64,000 bases of DNA from Azolla caroliniana. Taxonomy: Eukaryota; Plantae; Polypodiophyta. The stretch spans positions 23,002,001 through 23,066,000 of the forward strand of contig JBHGNT010000003.1 in NCBI GenBank assembly GCA_043228905.1, written 5' to 3'. Positions 14,320-27,424 of the stretch are shown here, piece by piece. The translations under genes and the position numbers were made by a program. Under the pieces are notes generated by a model that ran no database searches, was not told the origin of the DNA, and was given only the letters and a program-made list of their open reading frames with translations. Numbering within the stretch: position 1 is the first letter of the stretch; every line of letters begins with the position of its first letter.

Positions 14320-15830
14320 TACATATATACACATATAATTGTATACATATCGTAAACATATCATGTATATATTAAGAATTTTTGACATGATATTGGTACA
14401 TCAAAATTTGTCATTTTGGGGCAAGTTTCTTGGTAGTTGTTTTCATATTTTTTATGAGAAAGGCATAGTCACCATCCTTTTTTAACAAATTCTTTTGTTA
14501 TCCCCATTGGCCACCTCGATTTTGCTATATGTAACAAGAAAAACAAGCATGGCCACAATGATTGACCCACTTCGTGCTAGATCACCCTTTTGAAACCCGT
14601 GTCCAACATTCCACACTCATTACATGATTATGGGGCCACCAAAAGACCGTCATTACGAAATGCATTCTTAATGAAGTAATCATGTGATGGGCCATGTGGT
14701 CCTCCTACAAAAGAGAGGGCTAATGTTGTGATCATAAGGGCTTGACCCACTTCGTGCGAGGTCGCCGTTATGAAACCTCATCTAACATCTTACACTCATT
14801 CCATAATTGTGGGGTCACCATAATACCAACATTACGAGAGACATTCTTAATGAAGTAACCACATTGGGATGGGCCACATGGGCCTACTATGAAAGAGAGG
14901 GTTAGTGTTGGCTTGCCCATAAGGTTTCTCCTTATGGTATGCCATTGTAATGTTGAGACTTGAAACGTACTAACATAGTTTTCTATTTAATAAGGGGGAA
15001 ATAAGGATTCTAGAGACATTTGTTTTTAAATATATATATATATATATATGGGTAGATGCCTTTGCATATCTCTTGTATGCATAAACATTATATATTCAAT
15101 ATAGGCAAGCCATTTCATGAGCTCAAGTGTTTCATGCCTTTCTTCTTGAGGTTTCGAGTTTAAATGTGACCAAGACCATATAATATTACTAATACATATG
15201 ACTATGAAACAAGTTTAGATGTTAGGTCTATGTGCGGTTCAGGGTCCTCATTATAGAACTTAAAGAGTGGAAACCACATCGATGGGCATAGAGACATAGT
15301 TTATTTTTAACATTCTTTCATATATAAAATATTCATGACACGAACAAACATGGTTGAGCCTCGGGGAGCCGGCATGAAAAATTGATATAGAGATCATCAA
15401 AAGACATTCATTTGTCACCACTATGGCCTTTTAAAACATCTTTATGTTACCATCGCTACTTGATCTTGAACCTCATCTCATACATCTAGAGGGGTATTGA
15501 CGTGATATCATGATATCGATTTATGTTTGCCCAAGAAATGTTTGCGTCATGACAATATGTTATAATTATTTGTCTAAACCTATCTCATTTCTTTCCTAGA
15601 CATTACATTTTTATGGCTCATAATAACGATTACCCGATGGCATTCTCCCAAGCGGAGGGGACTCAAGGAAATACTCTTGGGGAAATCCCAATTTTGTCGT
15701 ATTTTTTACATCCACAAAATTTCGTTAATTCTAGCTCAACGAGATTTCTGAACTTTGGCAATCAGATACAAAATGTCACTACAATGCAACGAGATACTAA
15801 TAGACTAGATAAACGTCAAGGTGAAACATT
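14180..15830 (+). repeat. Non-coding repeat related to 33540-35460 and near-identical to ~48830-50460; contains a 180-bp tandem duplication
   Basis: Shared blocks such as catggttgagcctcggggagc and gaggggtattgacgtga; ttgacccacttcgtgc at 14562 and 14742. Confidence 0.7.
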
Positions 15831-16158
15831 AGAAATAATCTCTACTTGAAAAAGTTTTCGTCTTACTAGTATCCTTCATTATCAAAACAAAGATCTTTGG
15901 ATAGAAAATTGTATGCTCCAATGGGAAGTCCGCTAAGTGTGTTTTCATGCTACAGATTGTGCATTGTTTTTATTATCAAAAAGACGTCCTCCATAATTGC
16001 AGTAATTGTTACCTTTTCTTCAGAACAACCTCCGAAGAGCCTAGCATATTGTCATATTGTTCTTTGCAAATCATTTTCGAACAGTGGATATATTGCAACC
16101 ATAAATACCGCGTGGATTCTAGAGGGGATGGTAGTAGACAATTATGTTTAATAACAAT

Positions 16159-16724
16159 TTGAAATGTAAGACATCATCTATTCACACATTCTTACCCAAA
16201 TCAAAATGAAATAAAATAAATCATTTTGTTATTACAATGTCTACTTAAAAAACTTATTACAATAAAGGTTGCCCTTATAAAGACCAACTATATAAAAAGA
16301 AAACCCTAATCATGTCGCTAATCCAATAATTGACTCAAAGTCAACCATTTTTATATCTATCAAATCATATGCAAATAATCTACTCCCTTTAATCTTCCTA
16401 TACCAACCAAGTTGTAATTGAACATCTTCAAGTCTATCCATTTGAAATGTAAGACATCATCTATTCACACATTCTTACCCAAATCAAAATGAAATAAAAT
16501 AAATCATTTTGTTATTACAATGTCTACTTAAAAAACTTATTACAATAAAGGTTGCCCTTATAAAGACCAACTATATAAAAAGAAAACCCTAATCATGTCG
16601 CTAATCCAATAATTGACTCAAAGTCAACCATTTTTATATCTGTCAAATCATATGCAAATAATCTACTCCCTTTAATCTTCCTATACCAACCAAGTTGTAA
16701 TTGAACATCTTCAAGTCTATCCAT
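16159..16724. repeat. 283-bp tandem duplication of the transposase 3' end
   Basis: ttgaaatgtaagacatc...gtctatccat repeated at offset 283. Confidence 0.95.
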
Positions 16725-16772
16725 CAAGTCAATTCCTCTCTTGTACTCCAAAAATTTATTTCCAATCTTTTT

Positions 16773-19088
16773 TCACATCCTTTGTACTCGTCCTAAGTAC
16801 CAAACAACATTTTCATTTGATATTCCTTTTCTTTTGGGTCTTGTTGAATTAACATCTTCTTCAATAAAGAATACAACACAATCTGAACCAATCCCAATTA
16901 GGTTCCCATTTCCATTTAGGAAATTATTTGCATTCTCACATGAGTAGAAGACCCCTTCTCTTACACGTGTGAGTCTATCCTTTGACAATGTTGGATTACC
17001 ATTTAGATGACACACAAGTGTTGATTTAAATATAATCTTATCATCCACTTGAACAAATGAAGGGACTTTAGAGTTCACATTGTTGTCATCCAATATAGCA
17101 TCCAATTCATGGCGAATTTCCCTTATTGCAATCTCATCGTCAATTTCCACACATTCATGCATTGCTAAGTTTTTATTGTGTTCAACACATTGTTCATCAT
17201 CTTTCTCTCCATATATAAAACTCAAGGATTGTTTTGTCTCAATCCCGGGATAATTCCACCATTGCCTATTGTGTTTACGCTTCATATTTAACGGCTCACA
17301 TAAAATTTGGGCTTCTTTTAAACCTTCTTTAAGTGGAAAAACAAGTTGATCATCATTTGAGATATCAATGTAGTCTTGTAAGTTTGCAAGAGGCTTGCCA
17401 TGCATGAAATTGAGTTTAGACCATATTGATTCTTGCTTCTTATGAGCTCTTGGAAAAACCAATCCACTATCACTACACTCAAATTTGGCAAGCTTGTTTA
17501 CATTTCCACTACAATGCAAAACATCTGATATATCAAATGCACACTCCATACCAATCATTCCCCCTATTTTACTAAAAAATATCTCAGCTCCATCAGACCC
17601 TGTGAGATGCAATGGACATTCTAGTTGTGGATAAAAGTCACGAAACATTTTTATAAGTAAAACTACAAAGTGACAAGATATTTGTACATCCAAAAATGTT
17701 TCCCGACTAATGAAATTACTTTTTAAATTATAAATTGGATTATTTAGAATCCATAATCTCCATATTTGAAAGAAGAATGCCACTTTAGATGCAAGTACCA
17801 CACGCGTGAATAAGCTCTCATGAGGGGATAGAAAAATATCTATATAGTCACCTAATATATGCAAGTATACATGTGTTCCCAAAGCACCTCTTTCTCTGAC
17901 TTTGACATCTTCTCCACCTTGGTATAACATCTTTAAACAATTAGTAACATTTCTACTTGCAATTCTTTGGGCTCCGGCCCAATTTTGTCTATTGTCTCTC
18001 TTAATATCACATTCCCTTAAGCCATGTACATCTATAGAGAAGTTATTATATACCAATGACACATGATTCAATGTGATCCATACATCTCCGATTACTAATT
18101 GTCTTGAGGGATTATGTAGTTCATTCACAAGTTTCTTTCCATTATGGATGAAATCTTGATCATGAAGACAACTTACCATATCATTATGCATTTGACATGT
18201 GAAGATCCAACCATCCCAAGGCAATTTATATCTTAAGCATATGCTTGCGGTTAAGTAATCTTGAAGCATAATCTTTCTTCTCCTACTATCTCCATCTAAT
18301 GCATGTCCAACAATTGGCCCAATACTTGTGGAGAGGTGTTTTTCCCATAGAGTTTCCACTTCATTCCATTGGCATTTTACAAAATCTACATCAAAGCAAT
18401 TACATGTACATTGTACAACCAATACTAATCGTGGAAGTTTAGGGTGAAGAGGATTCACAATTAACACCCTAGCACAGTGTCCAACCACATAGTCTTTAAA
18501 GGAGCTCACAATGGTTTCATAACCAACATTAGAGTCACCCAACTTTATCATACATGATGAGACACATTGATGATTGGATGACTTCAGCCCACAAAAACCC
18601 AAAAGTGAATCATTTGAGCTATCCCACTTAACATTCCGCTTAATCACAGTCTCATCCTCAGCAATAATGAAAGGAACCTTTGTTATAATGCCATGCACTC
18701 TTTTTTCATTTTCATAAATCTTAGCCACATCTTGGTATATATATTCATGGATCCCTAGAAGGAATTTAGTTGTCTTCCTCTCAACTCTCTTTGTAGTGCT
18801 TAATGATGGTCCATCTAAATTTTTAGAAACAAAGTCGTGTAATCTTGGTCCAGCCCACATTTTTATCATGACGAAAATTGCCTTAGATGTGTCTTTACAT
18901 CGTTGTCTGTGTGGCTTTCGAGTAAGGTTTTGTGCAACATTTGTCAAGAAATCCCATAGTGCATTCTTTCCACCAAATTTTCCAGCTCGATGAACCTCAA
19001 TAATGTTATTACAAAATCTTCGAACATCCTTCCATTCCACACTCTCAAGGGATGCTTCCTTGAGAGTCATTACCTTTACCGAAAGCAT
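16773..19088 (-). CDS. P-element/THAP9-like DDE transposase, copy B (771 aa; premature stop removes the last 60 aa)
   Basis: Same motifs as copy C; ATG-TGA here versus ATG-CGA in C; the ancestral frame continues to ~16593. Confidence 0.75.
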   Translation of the reverse strand: MLSVKVMTLKEASLESVEWKDVRRFCNNIIEVHRAGKFGGKNALWDFLTNVAQNLTRKPHRQRCKDTSKAIFVMIKMWAGPRLHDFVSKNLDGPSLSTTKRVERKTTKFLLGIHEYIYQDVAKIYENEKRVHGIITKVPFIIAEDETVIKRNVKWDSSNDSLLGFCGLKSSNHQCVSSCMIKLGDSNVGYETIVSSFKDYVVGHCARVLIVNPLHPKLPRLVLVVQCTCNCFDVDFVKCQWNEVETLWEKHLSTSIGPIVGHALDGDSRRRKIMLQDYLTASICLRYKLPWDGWIFTCQMHNDMVSCLHDQDFIHNGKKLVNELHNPSRQLVIGDVWITLNHVSLVYNNFSIDVHGLRECDIKRDNRQNWAGAQRIASRNVTNCLKMLYQGGEDVKVRERGALGTHVYLHILGDYIDIFLSPHESLFTRVVLASKVAFFFQIWRLWILNNPIYNLKSNFISRETFLDVQISCHFVVLLIKMFRDFYPQLECPLHLTGSDGAEIFFSKIGGMIGMECAFDISDVLHCSGNVNKLAKFECSDSGLVFPRAHKKQESIWSKLNFMHGKPLANLQDYIDISNDDQLVFPLKEGLKEAQILCEPLNMKRKHNRQWWNYPGIETKQSLSFIYGEKDDEQCVEHNKNLAMHECVEIDDEIAIREIRHELDAILDDNNVNSKVPSFVQVDDKIIFKSTLVCHLNGNPTLSKDRLTRVREGVFYSCENANNFLNGNGNLIGIGSDCVVFFIEEDVNSTRPKRKGISNENVVWYLGRVQRM

Positions 19089-19272
19089 TGCAACTTTGCA
19101 AGCTAGCCACCATATTTTTCTATGAGCACAACGGATAGTTTGCTTAGAACTTGGAAATTCCTTTCTTGTCTCTTCTTGAGTAAGATAATCTAGTCACCTA
19201 TCCTCCCCAGTTCCTCGATTACCTCTTTTGACTTTAGCCCTACGCTCCCTATACACCCTCATACGGAAATCA

Positions 19273-19572
19273 TTACATTTTGGAAATCTTTCGTAGGTTT
19301 TCCCAGGCCTCCTTCGGCGTCTTTGCATCCTTGATGTAGTCGAGCATCTGGTCGTGCACACATGACGCAAGGTAGTACAATACTCGGCTCACTCCTTGCT
19401 CCCATACTAGGAAATCCTTGTGTGACGGCTCCGGCGCTACTTCATTTGTTCCTTCTAGGAAGCTCCAATATCCATGCCCCAGCAAGTACTGGTGCATTTT
19501 ATACGACCAAGATGCGTATTTGCTCTGGTCGAGCTTCTCTGTTAGAAGTGAACTCGACATTCCTCTGTCCAT
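19273..19572 (-). mobile_element. Copia gag N-terminal fragment (99 aa) abutting the transposase, copy B
   Basis: MDRGMSSSLLTEKLD...YIKDAKTPKEAWENLRKI. Confidence 0.9.
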
Positions 19573-20229
19573 ATCTTCTCCCTGTCTATTGTTACCGGGT
19601 ATTAGGTTTTTGTCTTCGAACACAAATGTCGGCTCAATGAGAGTTAAGAAAGTGCTTAAGAAGAAGTTGTTGAATTGAACTGCACAGATGTTGAACATTC
19701 TCCTCCATGAACCGGGGTGGAACTTAATACCTCCATATATAAATTCTTTTGGGAGCTATTCGTTTAGGTATCAAAACTAGACTTGTCCATCTCTTGTGAA
19801 AATTCACATATAACTTCATCTTTTGGAGAACGTAAAGGATCCACTTGGACAATCTTTAACTATTCCATTAGTTACAAACGGGAAAACTATGGACAAGAGG
19901 TGAAGAAATTGAATAGAAGACCCACACGTGTTGATAAACAACATAAGGAATAGATGAGTCATACGAACAATCACTCATATTTTATACAGATCGTGTTGCA
20001 CATATTAGTTAAAACACAATCAACACTAGAACGAGGCAATGTGAAACAACACCATCAATGATAAACAATAGTTCGTGCAAGTAGAATAAACAAAAGGTTG
20101 ATGGTACATGATAGTTAGCAACATTTATGGTTACCAGTGATGGATGGGGTAGTGCACATATTGATAACTAGCAACAGTGGTTCAAGACACATAGAAGCTA
20201 TCAGAAAAGGTAAGAGAAGAACAAAATTA

Positions 20230-23200
20230 CAATTCCTTTACAGTAGTAGAAAAGACAAAAAGAGAATGAAAACTAGCTTTTTCTTTTTTCAATAAACCTA
20301 TTTCTTTTGTAAATAGGGTTGTATTAATTTTGGAAAGAAAACTACAAACAACTCGAAGATAGAGGGACCTTTGGATCGTAACTGATATTCTGTAGACTTT
20401 GAGAAGTGGTGTGATGGAAAGACCAACACAAAAGACAAAAATGATGCCTTGCCAACAACACATTTTTTTTGGATCACCTTAGGCAATAATATCCTTGAGG
20501 ATTCCAACAAAGTAATGTTCCTTTCAATTGCCTAATATATCTTTGCACCCCAATTTGTATCACTAGAATTTTGTAATACATGCCCTAACCCCTAATACAT
20601 CAAGAACTTAAAAACTATTCGAATATGTAAAAAAGGAAATCTAAATTAGAATGAATATCTAAAACCCCAATGGGAGAAACTCACACTACAAAACCATATG
20701 TCCAAATAGATAGCATCAGGGGGGAAAATAAAGTGATGCCTAGTATGTTCTAGTGACATTGTGCATAACAAACACATTTCACCAACAATATTTTGCTTTC
20801 TTAGGGCACTTCTTAAGAGTAAATCCCCCAATCTTAAATCTCGATATAAATACCTAAGCTCTAAAGTGACGATGAGACTATCACCCTATATTTAACACTA
20901 GTTGTGGGCTTTAGATGTCCCCATTCTCCAAAAAAAAAAAAACTACTTCCATTACTTAAGGCAATGTACATAGGATAATATACAACTCATATCTTACATG
21001 CCAACTTGTATGTCGAAAAGAAAACATGTGTAAAGGAAACAACAAAAAAACTCCAAAACACCACATCATTCGATGAGCATAGCATTAGTCGACCGCATAC
21101 CCTCAACCTGAGCCTCATACAACCCGAATTCAGCAGAGACATTCCTCCACTCTCTTCTCATGGCAACACCCATCTATATGTTAGGTACACTCGGAGGGAA
21201 CATATGTTGCTTGTATAGCAGTACAATGACTTTATAATTTAGAACACAAGTAAATGAGATCGAATCTCCTCACAACTTTCCAAAGTGCAATCATTCCCCA
21301 TGGTCAAGCTTTTTACTAAAGTTTCACATATGGGATTTCATATGGGCATCTAGCTAAGCCTTTGTATACATGTACACTTCTCCTGTTGGGACTACCTTAT
21401 TCTTGAAAAATGTGTAGGCTTAAAATTTCACTAAAGAGGACTCCTGAGTCTCATCTTCCTTATAACCCAATGTCTACTCATTTGCTTGTGAATGTGTGTC
21501 CATACATATTCGTAGAGAGCGTTTACCATTTCTTGAAGCCATAATAGCATTAAGTACATGACACATGTTATTCCCTCGACTTGAATTGTATTAACAATTA
21601 AAATTGAAGGTAGTCAAGTCATGAATTCCATTTCAAAAGCAAAAATTCATAAAAGGTGTTCTTTTATAAAACATACATATATATATATATCAAGTCTTCT
21701 TTTCAAGAAGCTAAATTTTATATAGGCCATCTTTGTGAAGCCAAAAGCTTCTGGAGACAAAAGTATTTCTGAACCAAAGGTTTGTGTTCATTTAGCTTAT
21801 TTCTTGTTGTAGACATTTGTGGCCAATAATTGATTGAGGACCACATTATCATCATTACATTTTATGAAACACACTATGTGCCTGGATAGTGCCTACAAAG
21901 GACAATCTTAGTACAAAGACAATTGGGTAAGTATAACCTTGATTTCATATGTGTTTGAGATTAAAAAATACCAATGTAACTCATGTGAATTGCCTACGCA
22001 AAATGGACAAAAAGTGAACTAATGATAAATGGCATATCATCATCAACTTATTTCTTTAAAGAAATAAGGCATTACCATGGTTGCTAACTTTATTATCCGA
22101 CTCATAATGGATAATAAGATGGGGTTGTATTTTCCATCACTTATGTGACTCCTAAAAACATGCATAGTATCTTGCCACAATTATCAATTGAAGCTCTCAT
22201 CCACTGCTATTGAGTTTTTGTGGGGATTGATATTGAGTCACTTAATGTTTTCTCCTTACCTTGAAGATCAAAGTTTTAATGCATATAAAGTCAAAGTATT
22301 AGTAGCCCCCATATAAAGAGAATTTAGTTGGCGATTAGGGAGAAGGGGAGATTTTGTAATCATGAGTTGGGAAAATTGAAACCTTGGTTTGTCTCTTCCT
22401 ATCAATCTATACAAGTTAGTGAATGGCAATGTGGTCTCGTTGTAGCTAGGGGGTGGAGGTGCAACAACATGGCATTTATTGCGTTCCTTGGTCATGCTTG
22501 TCTTCACTTGTTCACTTCAATGGAACTAGTGAAATCAAATATGAAATGGGGAGCACCAATGTGGTTATTTGGAAACTTGTGTTCAATCACACTTGTTGGA
22601 TTATGTTTAGCTTTTGTCCCATTTAATGCAATGGAGGATTTAAACCATATCTAGAATGGATACTAGATATAGTCATCCTTTTAAACAAGATGTTGAGTGT
22701 GACACATCGAATATAACTTCCATAAGTTTATGCAAACGGAGGATTCCATTGCTTAATCCTTTTCTTTTAATATTTGCTTGTTGGGGGGGCATGGGAGCAA
22801 TATTGATATCCATCAAAACTATGATTGAAAGGGGGGATAAGAGGTTGCAAGAGTTGCACTTGAACATGAAATAACATATGGTAAGCCCAATATCAAGATA
22901 GGTGAAAGTTGTGTGAGTGTACATATTATTGTTGGTCTGGAACCAAGGATTGACATAATTGGGGCTACATAGAAATGAGGGTAGAAGCCAAATGCTTTTA
23001 GTAAGGTCTTGTTAGCATATAACATGCATTCGAGTGAAGTGAGAACGGGATACCTTTTTATTGCGATATTGTGTTTAAGATACAATTCTACTCTAGTATG
23101 AATCATGTGTCTTTGGCAATACTGGTGTCAATATAGTACCTTCTCAGTAAGAAGACAACAAACCACACAAAAGGTACATGTTAGATTCTACATGGCCACA

Positions 23201-23700
23201 CTAGTTGTCTTGACAAGGACATATGTTTACAAATGAGGAGGGCTTCTACAAAAACTTACCACCGGAGATGAAGATGGGATTCATGAGTAATCAAATGACT
23301 AATGCTCCAATATACCATCAATGAATCCTTCCTTGAATACTACTAAAATCAAGAAAGTGTATTGAAATATTTTCTTGTTTGTTGGAGATTGATTAATTAT
23401 TTGTCCTCTAATGTTTATTCTCTAGAGAGTGAGGGATAATGAAATGGCACAACATAAGGCAACTTTATTGGATCTTACTAGTATGAACTTGTGTGAGAGA
23501 ATAGCCAAACACTTGATCAACAATACAATCACAAAAACTAAATTAGTTTGTTTTCACACTACAAGGTAGGAAACACACCATGGTCCATAACTATTTAAAA
23601 TCCTTTCCACGCACCATAATACATTTCACAAGGATTGACTTAGGAAATGAAATATTTTTTCTTGCCTTTTTACATATTCTTTCTCATCTCCTTCTACTTG
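20230..23700 (-). mobile_element. Degenerate LINE remnant, copy B; boundaries approximate
   Basis: Homologous to 3000-5600, with an extra ~930 bp (21009-21941). Confidence 0.5.
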
Positions 23701-24809
23701 AATAACCAATAAAAAAAAAGTGACATTTCTTCTATTTTGAAAAAAACCAATCTAGGATACTCCCTAGAGACATGATATGTAGTGGGGCCAAAGGTAAATT
23801 GAGAAGTAGAGTTCTTCTTTCCATTTTCCTTTGCCTAATGTGAATGGATATTTTGATATGCGATAATTTTCTTATCAAGCAAAGTTTTTAAAAAAAAATC
23901 CATGCATTAAAAAACCATATGTAAGTTGTATCAATCTAAAGTTGTGTTACTTTCTATGCCAGTAATAATGATAGCATTAGGCGTGTACAAAAATGGTATC
24001 AAGACATGTATGCCATTGTCAGGACATTGGCAAATGTCTTATCAAAATTAGTTGGATATTTCCTTATCTTCACTATGAAAGAAATACCCGTCTCTCTTGT
24101 CTAACTCTTTTTGAGTAAGTTATGCTCCATCCATAATCTTATTTATTTACCCCATTTACATCACATTTGGGCAAATGGATGAGGTGATACAAGAGAGAGA
24201 GAGAGAGAGAGAGTATTCGAAGTTCAACATGGGGTAAAATGTTAGGAACACTACAAAAAAGGCAAAGCAATTTGAGTGTTTGGGGGGAGGGGAGCAAGGG
24301 ACAAAAAATGCCAGAGACAAAGGGTACCAAGACAAAAGTGTGCCAAAAACAAAAGCATGTCAATACAAGATAAGTCAAAAGAGAAGAGAGAAAACAAAAG
24401 AAAGTAAAGAAGGGATAAGATAGATAGATACCTTATAGAAAGGGGGGGTTGCAAAAAAGAAAGAAAACAAATAGAAAAAGGTCATAAGTCTATATATCTC
24501 TATAGGCTAAGAAGAGGATGACTAAAGGTAAAGAAAGAGTTCACAACCTAATTAATAAAATCAAAAGCTTCTTTCTCTTTTGTGGAGTTCACAACCCATG
24601 AGTGCCAATGATGACAAGACGAAGTGTGGAAAGGGAAAAAAAGAACAAGAAGACCCAAAAGGCATGTTACATGGGCCTACTTACACCATGTCCACATACA
24701 TACAAATACACCATGTGGCCATGTCCATGCATGGGGACAAAATGAGCGCGATATGGATATGGATTACATCCATGCCAAAGATCGTGTGCGTCATTTATGT
24801 AACCCTCTC

Positions 24810-25249
24810 GCTCTGATACCATGTGAAAGCTTAGATGCGGAAGCGTTAGACAGTCGGATAACGAAAGAGAGTAAGAAAATAAGAGTGAAAGCTCAAGACA
24901 GAGAATATACACGGGAGAGACAGAGAATGAGCAGAACGTAGAAGTCTATTTCAAATATAATATCAATACATTGTTACTCTGTATATACAATGTGCTCAAC
25001 AACACTATTTATACAAGTCCTTGAAGGATTGACATAAGTACGGTGTACTTCAATGCTCACAGGAGCGTTTGACACTAACTACGAGACTATTTTTGCCTAG
25101 TAGTCTAGGCTACTACTAGGGTTCTGTTTACTGCTTGAGTCTGGCTCACCGGCTCCCCAGCTGATCGGCTCACTCGCTCACCAGCTGGCCAATCCGTCTC
25201 ATCCTTCCAGATGCTGATTCGGCTCAGGCTTATTTAGCCGATTCGGATC
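24810..25249 (-). mobile_element. Copia PBS plus LTR, copy B (LTR start and PPT removed by a small deletion)
   Basis: gctctgatacca at 24810-24821; deletion between cggatc repeats relative to copy C. Confidence 0.85.
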
Positions 25250-25363
25250 GTGGTGTTAGCGTCTGTGGCAGCTGGTTCTTACCTCAAGGTGCAACGAACT
25301 CGGTGGCTCATATGGTGCATGCCATGAACAAAGTCTTGAAGGATTGCATCCCGGGAAACATGA

Positions 25364-27420
25364 TGTCGTGAAGATTCGTCACTATGTGCGGATCGTGAGG
25401 CAGAAGCACCGGGGTCCTGGACCGGAAGGATTTGAAGTTTGCACTAGCTTTAGCGAGAAAGTATTTAAGATAGATTGAGAGAGATTGATATGGCGAGAGA
25501 AAGATTTAGATGGAGAGAGAGAGAGAGAGAGATTAAGATTGAACCCTTGACTTTAGATTTGAGAAATAAGATTAATACATCATCAAATGGGATAACGAAT
25601 TTTCTTTTCTATTAATTTCTTAATCCATACATAGCTCCCTTCTTCTTTTCCATCCACTATTTTATAGATGCCCTCATGCATATGATGCATGTAAGGGTGC
25701 AAGAGATGCATGTAATGCATGTTTGCAATTTGGCACTCATGCATTACATGTGATGCATGATAAACATGTCACTCATTCAAGCTCTCATGTATAAGAATTT
25801 ACTTGTGAACACAATGATAAAAATATAATTCTTGAAGAAATGAATTGGTTTAGTTGTAAGTTTATTGCCTTTCCTCTTGGAGGTGCAAGGATCAAGCCTT
25901 GCTTACATACATCCCTTTGTATACAAATTTTTACTAGGTTTCTTGTATACACATTTTTACTAGGTTTCTTACTCTAGATAATTTTGTTCGTTTCACACCG
26001 AAATCATCGCGATCAACCTATCCGGTCCCGGTTTCGTCGTCGTCCGGCGGTCCAGTTCCGTCCAAAACCAATTAGAACAACTTGGCCGCATCCATTCATC
26101 CAAGTTATACAACCCAACCTCTTTGTGCTCCTAACACATAGATGACATACAAAAAGATATGGCTCTACTTATATATTCTTGAATCCTGTTGTTGTCCTAT
26201 CTATGTGGGATATCCCACGGTTTATTTTCCTCTTCTTCTTAAACTTCACACTCACATAACTTGACATTAAGTTGTCTGTTTCACACGTATTAAATGCATT
26301 AGGAAGCTCTTGAAGACATCTATCTTTTCGTATCAAGATATTAAACTAATATAAAATTGTATCTTCATTATTATTGTTTTATATTGTGTGTGAAGAACCA
26401 CACTCGATTTTGTACATTCCATGCAATTTTCACACCGTTGCCGAAAATCTTCATGACATCCACCCCCACCAAACCGCACGTCCTCCGATATGTGCCAAGA
26501 AGAGAGAGTGTGAGATTTTGGCTATGGTGATCAATCAGATTCCTCCATGTCCTCGTTCACATAACTTATGTCTGTAGGTTCTATCCTACTATCTTCATCG
26601 TCAAGGTGATTGAGGTCAGAATCCTTATCTTGTCTTTTCTTGAAAATCTTTACTCTTTTTCCTACAATGGGTATGGCCAACCTTTACCCGTCTAGCTCCG
26701 CAAGGTGGTATGTGGCATTGTCATTGGGACTTGTCACCACATACGGTCCAAACCATCTTCTTGCGAACTTTCTTGTTGTCATGTGTTAATTGTCAAGGCT
26801 GCAGTCGTAGACCAATACCCAATCTCCTTCTTTGATCTTCTTGGGACACAGTCGATGTGTCTTGTCGAACTGAATCTTGTTCTTCACTTTGTTTACCTCA
26901 ATCATCTTTCGCGCTTTTTCTAAATCTTCAGGCCTTCTTTCAAGCTACCTTATCCGTGCCACTAACAATTCTTCTTGGCTCATCTCGTTTTCCCATGGTA
27001 TCACTATCCAGGAGGCGATCGTCCTTTCAATGGGCATTACCGGCTTTTGTCCATACATAAGCTTTGTTGGCATATACCTTGTCACTGAACTGTGTGTAGT
27101 TCTGTCGGCCCACAAGGCATAAGGTAATAGTCGTGGCCAGTTCCCGACTTGACCGTTGCATGCTCGTACGATGGCTTTGACGATTGCTCCATGCCCTCGC
27201 TCGATCTTCCCATTTGGTTTTGGATTGTAGGCAGTCATGAGGGAGAGCTTCACGCTTAGTCGTTCGAAAAGCTCCGTTGCTTTGTGTGCATCCAATTCCC
27301 CTCGGTCAGCCACTATCTTCCCCACACATCCGTATCGGCAGACAACCTCTTCAAGTAGAAATTTGCAAATAGCTGACATCGTCTTATTTGCCAAGGCTCG
27401 TCCTTCCACTTGATTTGTCA
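25364..27420 (-). mobile_element. Gypsy 3' LTR (25364-26458), PPT and integrase fragment, copy B
   Basis: TGTCGTGAAG...CTTCATGACA; LTNQVEGRALANK...ADRGE...NGKIERGH. Confidence 0.88.
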
Positions 27421-27424
27421 AGCC

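Larger units (their letters stand above)
11924..26420. repeat. Segmental duplicate B of region 44098-64000, with internal deletions
   Basis: Near-identical ORF tracks at constant offsets of ~32174, ~34629 and ~37583. Confidence 0.95.
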
